From Octopus vulgaris (lineage: Eukaryota): DNA of 64,000 bases. Location: NCBI GenBank assembly GCA_951406725.2, contig OX597816.1, positions 108,376,001 through 108,440,000 on the forward strand. Reading direction: 5' to 3'. Shown in pieces: positions 41,326 to 54,466 of this stretch (the stretch's first letter is position 1; each line of letters starts with the position of its first letter). Both the position numbers and the translations under genes were made by a program. The notes under the pieces are model-generated. The model was not told the origin of the DNA. It made no database searches and was given only the letters and a program-made list of their open reading frames with translations.

Positions 41326-41996
41326 ACCTGTATGTGCGCATCAGGATATAGCATTCTCTGTTTAAGTAATTATTGCTGCTAGAGCATATGGAATATATTT
41401 TTATGTATATTCTAAGCTACCTGTTGCATCCCTGATTGGATAGCTAAGAAATAGGCCATTGATAAAGATGCTGTTATATTAGTTTATGCTCCTTTATCGT
41501 TTTAGAAGAAGCTAGAAACATTTATCTTTAACTCCACTCTTATAACCACCAGTAATATTTTTAAAAATGTATTTTGAGGTCGTCCAAAACAGAAGCTATG
41601 TGCCATGTTTGTGTATGTCCTCCTCAAAACCAATTATATAACCGTAAGATTTCCTCAGCAATAAGGATAAAGAGTTCTCTGCAAGAATTTACATTATAGA
41701 AATGCTGTCTCCTTGAAATTATCCTATCAGAAGCTTATCGGGATCTCCTGTATTGAACTTCAGGATTGTAGTCCAGGACAATGTCAGGTTTTCGGTGAAA
41801 GTTTAGCAAGTTGAAGGGGTTGTAACTCTTAGTGGGGATAGGAATTTTTCCGAGTCCATGATTGTTTAGGTTTTGTTTACTTATTTAGTATATGCAAAAT
41901 ATTAGTCAACAATTATGGAAAGGGAATATAAACAGGTGTTTATTTGTCAAAAGGAAGCGACTAACCTCTTTTGTAATATGTTTTTTTAAAATTCTA

Positions 41997-42368
41997 AGGT
42001 AGTGAGCTGGCAGAAACGCTAGCACGCCGGGCAAAATACTTAGCGGTATTTCGTCTGCCGCTACGTTCTGAGTTCAAATTCCGCCGAGGTCGACTTTGCT
42101 TTTCATCCTTTCGGAGTCGATTAAATAAGTACCAGTTACGCACTTGGGTCGATATAATCGACTTAATCCGTTTGTCTGTCATTGTTTGTCCTCTCTGTGT
42201 TTAGCCCCTTGTGAGTAGTAAAGAAATAGGTATTTCGTCTGCCGCTACGTTCTGAGTTCAAATTCCGCCGAGGTCGACTTTGCCTTTCATCCTTTCGGGG
42301 TCGATAAATTAAGTACTAGTTGTGTACTGGGGTAGATCTAATCGACTAGCCCCCACCTCCCCCAAAAG
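41997..42368 (+). mobile_element. SINE family B, internally dimeric, with a MetaSINE-like core
   Basis: Head GAGCTGGCAGAAACG..GAGTTCAAATTCC. Core GACTTTGCCTTTCATCCTTTCGGGGTCGATAAATTAAGTAC occurs twice. Other copies at ~17702-17852, 22497-22667(-), 26071-26290, 42716-42912(-), 44153-44365(-), 49552-49770 and 59424-59636. Confidence 0.8.
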
Positions 42369-43288
42369 TTGGTATTATAATTAGAACGGGATTTTTTAAA
42401 CTTAAAAATTACTTTACTTAATTTCCTTAAGAATATATTACAGATGTTTATATTCTTTGATCTCCCAGCTCATAATATGCTTACTATGGTAACTGGTCTG
42501 TTTTCACACGCGGTGTTATACATACTGTATGTCTCTCTTTTCTAGGAATATATTCGTTTATTGTTTTACATTTAATTTCACACTTTTCTCACGCTGGGGA
42601 ATAAAAACCTAATCAACAACTTTCTTATATACAACAAATATCACTTGCTAGCATAATTGTTTTGTCGTGAAACAGTTTAGAGATTAAGACTCTAAGTGCA
42701 TATATTTGTTTCTTTCATACAAAGCTTGAAATTTGCAGGGAAGGAAAATCGTTTATTATATCGATTCTAGTATTTAACTGATACTTTATTTTATCGACCT
42801 CGGTGGATTGAATGATAACGCTGAACTCAGTACAATTTGAACTTACGGCATAAAGAGCCGGAAAGAAAATCGCAAGGTATATTGCCCGACGTTCTGACGA
42901 TTCCGCCAATTCATTACTCTTTAAATATATATGATAGTGTTTCATGAAAAAAACTAGATCACCTGAGGTTATCTAAGCAATCAGTAAATAAAAACTCCCT
43001 CCAGTCTTTAAAATCTGAACCAACAAGAAAAATATATAGATTCAATATGACCATTTGGTCGAAATTTTTTTACTAATGTAAATTGGAGTGAATCTGGTCT
43101 TGCAGTTCAACTGGCTGGAAGCTTTGACATGTTTCGGTTTTGTTTAACTTTCTCAGCAAAGTATATCCCACTCAATAAACTGGATAGAGTGATGAGCGAT
43201 CAATACGTGTATATATGTGGGTGTGCTTGTGTGTGTGTATGCATGTATGTATGTATACATGCATACATACGTATACATAAACTGCAGT

Positions 43289-43352
<64 letters not shown>

Positions 43353-43355
<3 letters not shown>

Positions 43356-43585
43356 AGCTGTTTGCAATGTTTCACCAAAAGGGAGAATTATAATTGTCAC
43401 TAAATATGACTAGGGTGTTAGAAACACCAACATTGGTAAAAATGGGACCTAAAATGTTCTAGTGTGTTGACTACAGCATTAGAGCATTTTAGCTCTTATT
43501 TCTAGCAATGTTGGTGTTTCTAACACCCTGGTCATATTTAGTGACAATTAAAATTCTCCTTTTTAGCAAAACCTTGCACACTGTT
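43353..43585. mobile_element. Fold-back palindromic MITE-like element (~230 bp)
   Basis: ggagaattataattgtcactaaatatgactagggtgttagaaacaccaacattg pairs with caatgttggtgtttctaacaccctggtcatatttagtgacaattaaaattctcc. Pairing continues outward and inward to a short loop near 43465-43478. Confidence 0.85.
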
Positions 43586-44483
43586 GTCCATATTAATTTT
43601 ATACATATACATAATGCATGAATGTGTGCGCATCACCCCCACACATATATATAAGTATATATACACGCAAATACATATATATGTGTCTGTACGCATATAT
43701 ATATGTGTGTGTGTGTGTATATATATATACATGTATGTAGATATATCTGAAACAGTGAATTTCAACAGTATGGCTGAAAAGTAACACTTCTTCAAAGAGA
43801 CGTTCTGTATACTAAATATATAATTGTGATAAGAATCTCGTATATATTATATAGTGAGTGGGGATTTTTTTTTTCTTTTGAACGTATATCATCACAAATT
43901 TTAAAACAGCAATTAGCCCTTTTCATATCAACCAGCCTGAGACTGCCCCTCGCCCTAAGACTTCATGTTTAAAGTGATCTCATTAAAACATCCCATAAAA
44001 CCTCTATGTCAATTTATGTTCCAAATACCGAAATTTTAATGACGGAACTATTTTACTAAATTCTTCGTTATTTCCAAAATTAGTTGGAACAGAGACAGCT
44101 TATTTTCGACATGGTAACAAAACAGCGTACATGTGCTTAAATTTCGCCTAATACTTTCTACAGCAGAGACAAAGCCTGAAATTTTGGTGGACGGGGATAT
44201 TCGGTTACATCGACTTCAGTGCTTGACTGTTACATACTTTATCGACCTCGAAAGGATGAAAGGCAAAGTCGACCGCGCTGCGATTTGAACTCAAAGCGAA
44301 AGCCAGAAGAAAAAACTGCTAAGCGTTTTATTCCGCATGCTAATAATTATGCTAGTTCGCTGCCTTCATCATATAGCATAATATTTGTTTTTCTTCTATA
44401 TCTTTATATTTTGCTTGTTATATGCTCAATTATTTACCACATATATTTCATATAATATGCAAATCCATTGTGCGTTTCTGTGC

Positions 44484-44563
44484 GTGCGTGTGCCTGCGCG
44501 TGCGTGTGCCTGCGCGTGCGTGTGCCTGCGCGTGCGTGTGCCTGCGCGTGCGTGTGCCTGCGC
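44484..44563. repeat. 16-bp GC-rich minisatellite (GTGCGTGTGCCTGCGC) x5
   Basis: Directly visible. Confidence 0.9.
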
Positions 44564-45040
44564 GTGCGTATGCGTGTGCGTGCGAGGATGTTTGAGAATT
44601 TGACATTTCGCATTGAATCTACTTTCCCGTTGATAATGAGTCACCCTTAGTGCTTAGACCCCAGGTGTTTCCTGTAAAGATTCAAAATTAACATGCTTAG
44701 TATTGATTAATAATTTTTTTCTTTAATTGATATTTGATATAACAGCCCAAAGAAATGCCGGTCTGCATGGAAAATACAAACATGCGATTTTATAAAATTC
44801 GAAGCATTGAATAAATATACTCATGTTCCAACAACTGATCCACTTCCTTGAGCCAACGGGAAGCCTCTGCGCAGCAGCACGATCTGCTAGAAGTATCAGC
44901 CTAATATTTATTAGTTTGTTTGTATGTTTATCTATCCATCTATCTATCCATCCATCTATATCGGTCGACCTATATCCTTCTATCGATCCATCTACCTATC
45001 CATCTGTGTACGATCCATTTATCTGTTTGTCTATTTGTCC

Positions 45041-45073
<33 letters not shown>

Positions 45074-45803
45074 ACATTCTGTTTCATACTCTCTCTCTCT
45101 CCCTCTCTCCCTCTCTCTCTCCCTCTCTCCCTCTCCCTCATTTTCTCCCTGAGATTACATCATACAGTCACTCAACCACCACCAAATAAGAAATAAATAA
45201 ATAGGAGGCATTGAATAATGTAATTCTATGCATGCTACACATAAATACATAAATGCGAGGCAAAGCTGAGTAGTAACGAAGTTCATTTTGCTATCATTAG
45301 GTTCCAGGTTCAAACCTGTTGTCTGGCACTTTTGACAATTGACTTTTACAATTGACTAACGTAGGTTCATACCTAGTGATCGAAACTGAAAATTGGGAAC
45401 TGAATCGAAGCCCAATAATTCAAAGGTTCAACCATTTCAAATGCTGCCATGTTGATTCGGTCTGTGAAATACTCAACCAACTTTCACGTTAAGTTGCCAA
45501 GTAGAATAGACTGAATAATTACCGTCGAAACCGACGGAGAAGCCATAATTACACTCCCAATAAAAAGACAACAGCATGATCACGGATCGAACGCCTTTCA
45601 TCATATTACATTTACAAGAACCGATCCAAACTATTCCATTCATTTGCTATGTTCCTTCTTTAAAATAATAACTCTCATTGAAATTACATCATTTCTTTTA
45701 TATGTTTTTTATTCGTTGTTGCTTTTATTTTATATTTATTCATTTATTTATCTTATTTATTTATTTATTACTTTCAATCTCTATTTTGATTTATATCTCG
45801 CAT

Positions 45804-45847
<44 letters not shown>

Positions 45848-46311
45848 TAAGCAGTGAATCGAATTTTTTTTTTTATTATTATTAATCATCTTCCCATTCT
45901 TGTAACTAATGATCAAACAAACACAAAAGATTTTTTTAAAAATTAAAAACTTTACAAAAAAACAGAAAAGCGGAAAGATTCAATCGCTTAATCTTCCAAT
46001 AAAATTTAAACAACTTTAAATAAACAGAACCACCATTTTGTTGTGGGGCTTTATTTATTCTTTTTTTAATTTTGTTTGTTTGTTATTTCTTGTTCTTTTT
46101 CCATTTCGTTCGATATTATAACTGAACTTCTTCATACTACTACTACTACTATTACTACTACTACTAAGGTAGATGAGGCTCTTTTCATCCTTTTTGTGCC
46201 GTTATTATTGTTGAGGACAAAATATTGTAAAAAAATTCTTCATGATTATGATCATCATAATAATAATTATCATTAATGCTATCAATAATAGCTTCGATAT
46301 TGTATTTATTA

Positions 46312-46342
<31 letters not shown>

Positions 46343-46344
46343 CA

Positions 46345-47058
46345 ATAAGTACCATTTGGGCAATGTAGTCGATGTAATCAAGTATCCCCCTCCTCATGCC
46401 TATAGTAGAAAGGATTTTCGTCTGTCTCTACGTTCTGAGTTCAAATTCCACCGAGTTCCACTTTGTCTTATTATCCTTTCTGGGTCGATAAACTAAGTAC
46501 CAGTTGAGTACTGGGGTCGATGTAATCGACTTAACCCCTCCCTCGAAGTTGCTGGTCTTGTGTCAAAATTTGAAATCATCATCGTCATTAAGATGATGAT
46601 GCTGATGATGATGAGTAAAGTTGCGAACTAGCAGAATCGTTAGCACGCCGAACAAAATGCTTAGCGATATTTCGTCCGTCTTTATGTTATACGAGTTCAA
46701 ATTCCGCCGCGGTCGGCTTTGTCTTTCATTCTTTCGAGTTCAATGAAATTGGCAGGAGGGGTCGATGTAATCGACTATTCCTTCACCCAAAATTTCAGGC
46801 CTTGTGCCTATAGTAGAAAGGAATAATATTATTATAAGTAGGAAGGCAGCGGACTGGCTGAATCGTTAGCACGCCGGGCAAAATGCTTAGCGGTATTTTG
46901 TCCGTCTTTATGTACTGAGTTCAAATTCGACCGAGGTCAATTTTACCTTTCATCCTTTCGAGGTTGATAAACTAAGTACCATGTTGAGCACTGGGGTCGA
47001 TGTAATCAATTTAAACTTCTCCTGAAATTTCAGATCTTGTATCTACAGTAGAAAGGAA
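46345..47058 (+). mobile_element. Cluster of head-to-tail partial and complete SINE family B copies
   Basis: Repeated GAGTTCAAATTC, GGGGTCGATGTAATC and GTAGAAAGGA modules, separated by (ATT)/(GAT) tracts. Confidence 0.8.
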
Positions 47059-47080
47059 TCGCAGCACCAGCAGCAGCAGC

Positions 47081-47118
<38 letters not shown>

Positions 47119-47776
47119 CAGTGTAACCATTCCTTCTCTATTGCTCAGCTCAGTCATTAGTTCTCCATCTGTCTCTTACAAACCTACACCCATTCATATA
47201 CGCAAGTACACAAATAAACACACACATGCATCAATACAGGCGTGCGCACGCGCTAACAGACGCACACATGCATCCATACATGCTACATGAGAGACATCTG
47301 TTTCTGTACACTGTTTTCTTTAGAAGCTTTATTTTTAGTTTATCACCATTGTTCCGTATGCTACCACATTTTTAAATTTAATTTCAAGTTTATGCTTCCA
47401 TAATTTTATCCTTTATCCTCCAATTACTAAATCGTCTGCTTTATTGATTTTTAGAATCTCCCATACTTCGAAAGCAGGGAGAAAGACAAATAAAAAGAAA
47501 AACAATAACAAGAAAAGAATTATTACAATAAATCTATCCAAGTAATATATTCTGTATATTACTAATTGCTATCCCATGGGATTGATTAACAACAGATTAG
47601 GCGATAAAACTACGTAGCACATACATTCTAGCTCGCATATATACATCCACATATACATGACAGGAAATGAATTGGAAAACACAATCACAACTATTCATGA
47701 TTTTATATACAAATACGAGTGTATCTATAGACATTCGCGCGCACACACACACATACATACACACACAGAAACAGGT

Positions 47777-47857
<81 letters not shown>

Positions 47858-48089
47858 AAGATATATATATATAAGGCTAATTATGGGTAAATTTATGCTT
47901 TACCCCCTGCCCTCCAACAGTAAGCACTTAGATATAAATACGTAGGTATACATCCAGTAGTATATTGGATATCTGTTATCTCTTGGATGATTGTTTATGC
48001 GTGTATGTGCATCTGCGTATATTAATAGAAGAACTGAGAGCGAAACTACATCCAATGCATATATATTTGCCGACATATGCATACACGAA

Positions 48090-48141
<52 letters not shown>

Positions 48142-48159
48142 TCACCATTATTGATGGCT

Positions 48160-48320
48160 TCCTCATATTCTTTTCTGTTGAAGATTGTAGGCTCGAAACA
48201 AAAGACTTTCTCACTTTCCCGAACGTCATACTAATTGCTGTTCATATACCTATTAACACCTGCTTGTTGTTCATATACCTATCTTCGTCTTTTGTTTTTC
48301 GGTAGATTTCAACTATGTAT
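48160..48320 (+). mobile_element. Second copy of the 10550 pseudo-LTR-like fragment with degenerate HHR (48171-48204)
   Basis: tttt-CTGTTGA-a-GATT-gtag-GCTC-GAAAC-a-aaag. The downstream cacctgcttgttgttc..acctatcttcgtcttt matches 10649-10684. Confidence 0.55.
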
Positions 48321-48328
48321 ATATGTGT

Positions 48329-48418
48329 ATGTCTTGTCACCCTCCTGTAGTAATTAAAAATCTGATAGCTAATATTAGTAACAGAGTGTCTAACCTGTCT
48401 TCTTCCAAAGAAAATTTC
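48329..48418 (+). mobile_element. Short PLE RT-thumb coding fragment
   Basis: SCHPPVVIKNLIANISNRVSNLSSSKENF resembles the SxHPPxIIKxI...RxSxLSS segment of PLE ORFs. Confidence 0.55.
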
Positions 48419-48532
48419 TTGTGTGTGCGCGCGTGTTTGTTTATGTGTGTGTATGTATCTTTTATCTTACACACACTCTTGCAAATATACACACATACGC
48501 ACGCGCATACACATATATATGTGTGTATGTGC

Positions 48533-48574
<42 letters not shown>

Positions 48575-49259
48575 CGACCAGTTAATACAAAGGACAATGA
48601 ACATGTGCGTGTACGTCATAATTATTTGAATGATAAAACGTTTAATAGAGGTGAGAAGTTAGGCAAACGATCTAAAGTTATGTTAATAAATGAAAACAAG
48701 AAGAAAAGAATCGGTTTACTATCCTTATTTTGTTTAATAATCTTACATTTCGAGAAAGCTTTCCCCTTTCAAATTGAGGAAAGAAAATTATCAAAATATT
48801 CGGAGAACTGAGTAGTTACTGGCGGGCCAGTCTATAATGGAAACAACGCATTTCTCCGAAGACTTCTTTATTTCCTCTATTGCTATTTCGATGAGGAAGT
48901 AGATCGCAGATATGTGACTGCTGAAACAGCTGTAAGAAGCTACTTGTACTCCTTCTTACTTCTTTCCTCCTTTCTTCTCATCCAGCTTTAGATTCTACCT
49001 ACGATGACAAGCTTTACATAATACAAATAATTTGGAGTTACTGTAAAACTGTTCCATAAGAAAGAGAATTCTAGCATATACTATAACCATTATGAACTTT
49101 CCTTGGCTGATCTTTTATCGATATCTTGTGATCTGTAACGATTCTATCCTCGTTTTTAAATATATGAATGCCATATCACATTATGACACCAGTTGTTTGG
49201 CTGCTTTTAGATTTATTCTATTCTGTTGTGTGTGGGGGGTGTAAGAATACAGGAGTTAA

Positions 49260-49500
49260 GGAATGGAGTAGATAAGATCCAGGCCACATATGTTTCATAA
49301 CGAGCGGAACCTTGGAAGAGATAAATATCCAAGCGAAGTGTATACTGCAGGCTATTCGTCCATGTGTTAGCATGTACCTCCTTGCGACAATGTAAACTTT
49401 CATTTAATCAAGTTACCCTTGACCTGATGAGTATCCTGCGGTATGCACCTTGCTTGGATATTTACCACTTCCGGGGTTCCGCTCACTATGAAACATATAT
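49260..49500. mobile_element. Fold-back MITE-like element; related copy at 53554-53717
   Basis: Arms 49285-49357 and 49429-49500 are imperfect reverse complements. The shared start ggaatggag..tccaggc..atgtttc recurs at 53554. Confidence 0.65.
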
Positions 49501-49794
49501 AGATGCATAGAGAGACAGACAGATATGTAATATGTATGTATGTAATATTTAGGGTGGTGAGCTGGCAGAATCGTTAGTACGCCGGGCGAAATGCTTAGCA
49601 GTATTATGTCTGAGTTCAAATTCCTCCGAGATCCACTTTGCCTTTCATCCTTTCGGGGTCGATTAAATAAGTACCAGTTACGTACTGGGGTCGATGCAAT
49701 CGACTTAATCCCTTTGTCTGTCCTTGTTTGTCCCCTCTATATTTTCCCCCTGTGAGCAATAAAGAAATGAGTACATGCATACAGGTAGACAGAC

Positions 49795-49829
<35 letters not shown>

Positions 49830-49854
49830 CAGATAGACAGATAGACAGATAGAC

Positions 49855-49919
<65 letters not shown>

Positions 49920-50561
49920 TGCACTGGTACCAGCATACTGCTCAGTGCACAGATATACATTAATGTGCTTACATACTTCTGTATCGGCGATATGATAGGT
50001 TTATATGTGAGTAAATGAGATTAGAAAATTCTCGTCGATAAATAGCAGGACACAGAAATAGAATCAGCGACAGGGTGTAGTAAAAATCAATAGCTATAAA
50101 TTATGAATGAGTTTTCATTTGAATAACATTCAACGAATTAATTTTTACCGGTCTTTTTCAACGAAACGTCCGTTGCAAAGGAGACCATTGGGAAATGAGA
50201 TGGAGTAGAACCGAACTAAAGTACAGCGTGTAACATCTTTCAACGAACGTCAAGGTTTTAGGGAATGGTTATTAGACGCTTTTTGTTTATCGTTTACTGC
50301 TGATAAAGTATTGATCTTTAGTTTACGTCTTCTTGATGTTGAGCTATTTACAGAGTAATTAGAGAATATTTATTGCAAGTCGAATCTAAAATGAAACGGA
50401 AGAATCTTTGATTGCTACTGTTCCGTTTAAGAGACTTCTAGCAGTTTTTACATCTCGTTTCAGTGATGTTAGGTTTTTCTCAAATGGTTAAGAGTGAAAA
50501 TGAATGCATGGAGAAATAAGACCAGAAAAATAAATCGCACACCCAAAATGTTTACTCTCCA

Positions 50562-50605
<44 letters not shown>

Positions 50606-51236
50606 GATGTGCTTCGTTTAGTTTCCGTTTAACAAACCCACTCACAATGCCTTGGTCACCCTGAGGCTATAGTAGAAAATGCTTGCTCAATGTGCCACAC
50701 AGTGGGACTGATCCCGGAAACATGAGGTTGCGAAGCAAGTTTCTTACCCCGCAGTCACGCCGTACCCGACCTTGCATGGGTTTATTTTCACTTTAAAAGG
50801 ATACATAAATTATTTATATTTCGGATAAATTACTTTAAAGTAAAATCACCGATAATCTTCAATTGGTCCAGCAATGTCGATTCAGTCAGAATGTCGAATC
50901 CAAGCCAGGTAGAAGATCGTTCAAATTTAGCTTCATAAAAATGCCAAAAATAAACAAGCGTAGGATCTAGAATACTATTTTACACATATTCTTTTCCAGG
51001 AATACATGCATTTTTACAAAATACCATGCTAATTTACATAATTACTCTAAAGGAATTATTTTGAAAAAAAACTGTTTTGTGAGAAAATTAAAAAATTTAA
51101 GCGTTAACTTTTTCACTTACAGTCTTTTTTATTTTTTTTTTTTTTTTTTCATCTTTTCAGAAATTCTTTTATTTTTAATTTGTGTTTATGAATTTGTTTT
51201 GCGAGATTCCTGATGTGAAATCATGTGTTGAAACAG

Positions 51237-51650
51237 ATATCGTTATTTTTTTTCTTGCCAAATAAACACACGCACTATATATTCGTTCTTCACTTGTTTA
51301 TTATTGTTCTTATTTTATGTCCATTGTCTGGAAATCTTTCGTCACACATCTTGTAACCACTCAACGACTTCCCATCTCTGTTGTCTCCTGTTCTGTTTAG
51401 TCCATTCTGCCTTTTTAAAAAGACAGAATGGACTTAATAGTACAGGGGGACACACGTGAGATTGAAAGTTGCTCTGGAAAGACAGAATTTACTAAACAGA
51501 ACAGGAGAAGACACGTGGGATGGAAAGTCTCTGAAGATGTCACCGGTGTGTGACGAAAGATTTCCAGACAATAGACATAAAATAAGAACAGTAATAAACA
51601 AGTGAAGAATATATAGTGCGTGTTTATTTGGCCAGAAAAAATTACGATCT
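51237..51650. mobile_element. Head-to-head inverted plus partial tandem pseudo-LTR-like unit with an HHR-like motif at 51527-51569 (+)
   Basis: Spacer-less palindrome centred at 51416/7. Left arm 51237-51416 is the reverse complement of 51478-51650, and 51417-51477 is a ~60-bp direct duplicate. Motif: gtct-CTGAAGA-t-GTCAC-cggtgt-GTGAC-GAAA-gatttcc-agac. Confidence 0.65.
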
Positions 51651-51978
51651 CGAAATACAAAATAATATTTTTAAAAGAATATATCAATTTACACAATTAT
51701 ACAAAATTAATAAATTGTTTAGTCAGTAATTTCCTTCTATTGTACGGTTCTTGGAAGTACACACTGTCCTCAGTTTTGCTGTCACATAGCTTATGATCAT
51801 ATTGTGAAGTGCGCCCATATGAAAAATTTCAGGTATCTATCATACAACAGAATATGCACACATATATTCGCATTTTCATTGAGAAGGTTTATGCAGGTGC
51901 GCGCGTGTGTGTGTATACCATAGTATATGTGTATCTGAATGTACGTTTGTGTCTGCATATATGTGTGTGCGTACACTG

Positions 51979-52044
<66 letters not shown>

Positions 52045-52045
<1 letters not shown>

Positions 52046-52365
52046 AAACTTGATTTCGAAACGTGCGTCCGTAGATAACTTAAAATTGTATGATAGATTG
52101 CCGTCAATTCATTCTCTCTTACCTGTTTGTGTCTGCCTTCCAATTGCTGTTTTTACTGAGATCTCCCTTTTTAGTAGAAGAAATAGCTATAACTCTTTGA
52201 CTGCTATTTCTAAATTCGGTCTGTGGTAAGGCAATTCGTTGCTAAACCCTTTATTGCTTAGTATTACTTAAATTTTCCTCGAATGAGGCTTTTACATGCC
52301 GAAGACTACTTGGTGTAATTGATAATTATTCCAAATTAATTAATTTCACCCTTCATTATTACGGA
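52045..52365 (+). mobile_element. Distant relative of the 1162-1669 unit, with only the 3' half of the HHR
   Basis: GAAAC-gtgc-GTC at 52058-52069. ctgctatttctaa, ctaaaccctt and tacttggtg-aattgat...aattaattaattt-accct blocks are shared with 1515-1661. Bounded by (TA)n. Confidence 0.5.
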
Positions 52366-52381
52366 TATATATATATATATA

Positions 52382-52980
52382 TATTGGGTCATCCCATGAA
52401 TAATGCAGCTTTTTCAATTGCATGAACTAAAAGTTGGAGGGGAACGGGATAAACTACCTGCATCAACTTGCTACAAAAGCAGGTAGTAATGTTACCTTGT
52501 ACTTATTCTTAGTGCAAGTTTTGAAGAGTGCAGTTCGATTGTAATTTTTTCAAAGCCGTAATGGAAGTGACAAAGGAGCATAATCGGCATATTTTGCTTT
52601 ATGAGTTCAATAAAGGCAACAATGCAACGGACATTGCGAGGAATATTAATGCAGTACATGGGGATCGGACAATAAGCGTAAGCCAGTGTCCAGAAATTTC
52701 GAGCCGGAAACTACAGCGTAGAAGATGAGCCTCGACCTGGAAGATCTGTAAAGATCGACGATGACGTCCTGCAAACCCTGGTGGCATAAAATCCAATCGT
52801 AACTTTTGAGGAAATAGCAAAGAAGCTTGGATCTGGTTATTCAACCATTCACCAACACATTGTGCCATCAGAAAAGTTAGCAAATTGGGTCAGTGAGTTC
52901 CTCACAAATTTTCCGAGGTTAATCACGCGCAGAGTGAATGAATGCGCTTTTTTACTGTCGCGTCTCACGAATGAACTGAT
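52382..52980 (+). mobile_element. 5' fragment of a second mariner family (N-terminal HTH region)
   Basis: MEVTKEHNRHILLYEFNKGNNATDIARNINAVHG from ATG 52561, then EDEPRPGRS and KLGQ*VPHK (WVPHEL motif). Frameshifted and truncated. Confidence 0.85.
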
Positions 52981-53092
52981 TCTCTTACCTTCTTTCACCC
53001 TTCCTTGCCTCAACACTCCCTATACCCACCACCGAGCCTCCTATTTGTCTGTGAGACATATAAAAAAGAACTTTCAGGAACAATACTAGTTT

Positions 53093-53492
53093 ATTCTTTT
53101 CTACTCTAGGCACAAGGCCCGAAATTTTCGGGGAGAGGGCCAGTAGATTAGATCGACCCCAATACGCAAGTGTTACTTAATTCATCGACCCCAAAAGGAT
53201 GAAAGGAAAAGTCGACCTCGGCGGAATTTGAACTCAGAATGTAAAGACAGACAAAATACCTATTTCTTTACTACCCACAAGGGGCTAAACACAGAGTAGG
53301 CAAACAAGGACAGACAAACGGATTAAGTCGATTATATCGACCCTAGTGCGTAACTGGTACTTATTTAATAGACCCCGAAAGGATGAAAGGCAAAGTCAAC
53401 CTCGGTAGAATTTGAACTCAGAACGTAGCGGCAGACGAAATACCATTAAGCATTTCGCCCGGTGTGCTAACGTTTCTGCCAGCTCGCCGCCT
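53093..53492 (-). mobile_element. Full-length dimeric SINE family B copy
   Basis: Reverse complement of the 41997-42368 structure, including the GGGCCTTGTGCCTAGAGTAGAAAAG tail. Confidence 0.85.
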
Positions 53493-53744
53493 TACAATAA
53501 TAGTTTATTGACGTAAAAGTTGAAGTCTTTTCTCATTCGAAGTTCGATAAGCTGGAATGGAGCAGGTAAATCCAGGCTACATGTTTCCTAGCTAGCAGAT
53601 TTTCGGAAGTAATAACTACTCAACGAGGAGTACTCCCCAAGCTATTCACATATAACAAAAGTATCTTCGGGCTGATGAGTAGCTAGTGGAGTACCCCCTC
53701 GTTGAGTATCCCATTCCCTCTGTGTTATTCTCTTTGTTCTGTCT

Positions 53745-54100
53745 TTCACTGTTTTTACTGTCTTGTTTTGTTCTTATTGTCCTATTCTTGTTACCACTTT
53801 TACCCCTCCGCAAAAAATCCCAAATTTTATTTAATTTGCTTTGCGGGAAGGACTGTTTCAACGAAGTTGCGTCTTGTCCTTACCTTCGAACGCGGAGTAG
53901 ACGAAGTAGGGACAACTGAAGAAGGGAATATTTCTTATGTTGTGTCCTGTACTCTGTTTTTTCGTTGTTTGAAAAATAGTTCGTGTCCATGTTTTTGTTT
54001 TTATGTTTTCGTTTCTCATTGTATTCAACGTTTTTTGATGTCCTGTATCCATATATGCATGTATATATACATATAGATGTAGGTATGTACATATATGTAT
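53745..54100 (+). repeat. Interspersed repeat with a diverged inverted copy at ~55110-55400
   Basis: aaaatcccaaattttatttaatttgctttgcggga is the reverse complement of 55356-55390, and similarity continues over ~290 bp. Confidence 0.7.
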
Positions 54101-54107
54101 GTATATA

Positions 54108-54161
<54 letters not shown>

Positions 54162-54386
54162 TATCGTGGCACTCCATCGGTTACGACGACGTGGATCGCA
54201 GTTCATCCTATCAACAGAACAGCCTGCTCGTGAAATTTACGTGCAAGTGGCTGAGTACTCCACAGGCACGTGTACCCTTAACGTAGTTCTCGGGGAAATT
54301 CAGCGTGACATATATTTATGGAGAGTGGGGGAGAGGGGGTTAGATAGATAGATGAGTATGTGTGTCTATGTGAAGGTATGTGTATG

Positions 54387-54466
<80 letters not shown>

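Noticed and set aside
43912-44130. Possible piggyBac-type MITE (ttag-ccct start)
   Set aside because: Termini too degenerate to confirm TIRs or a TTAA duplication.
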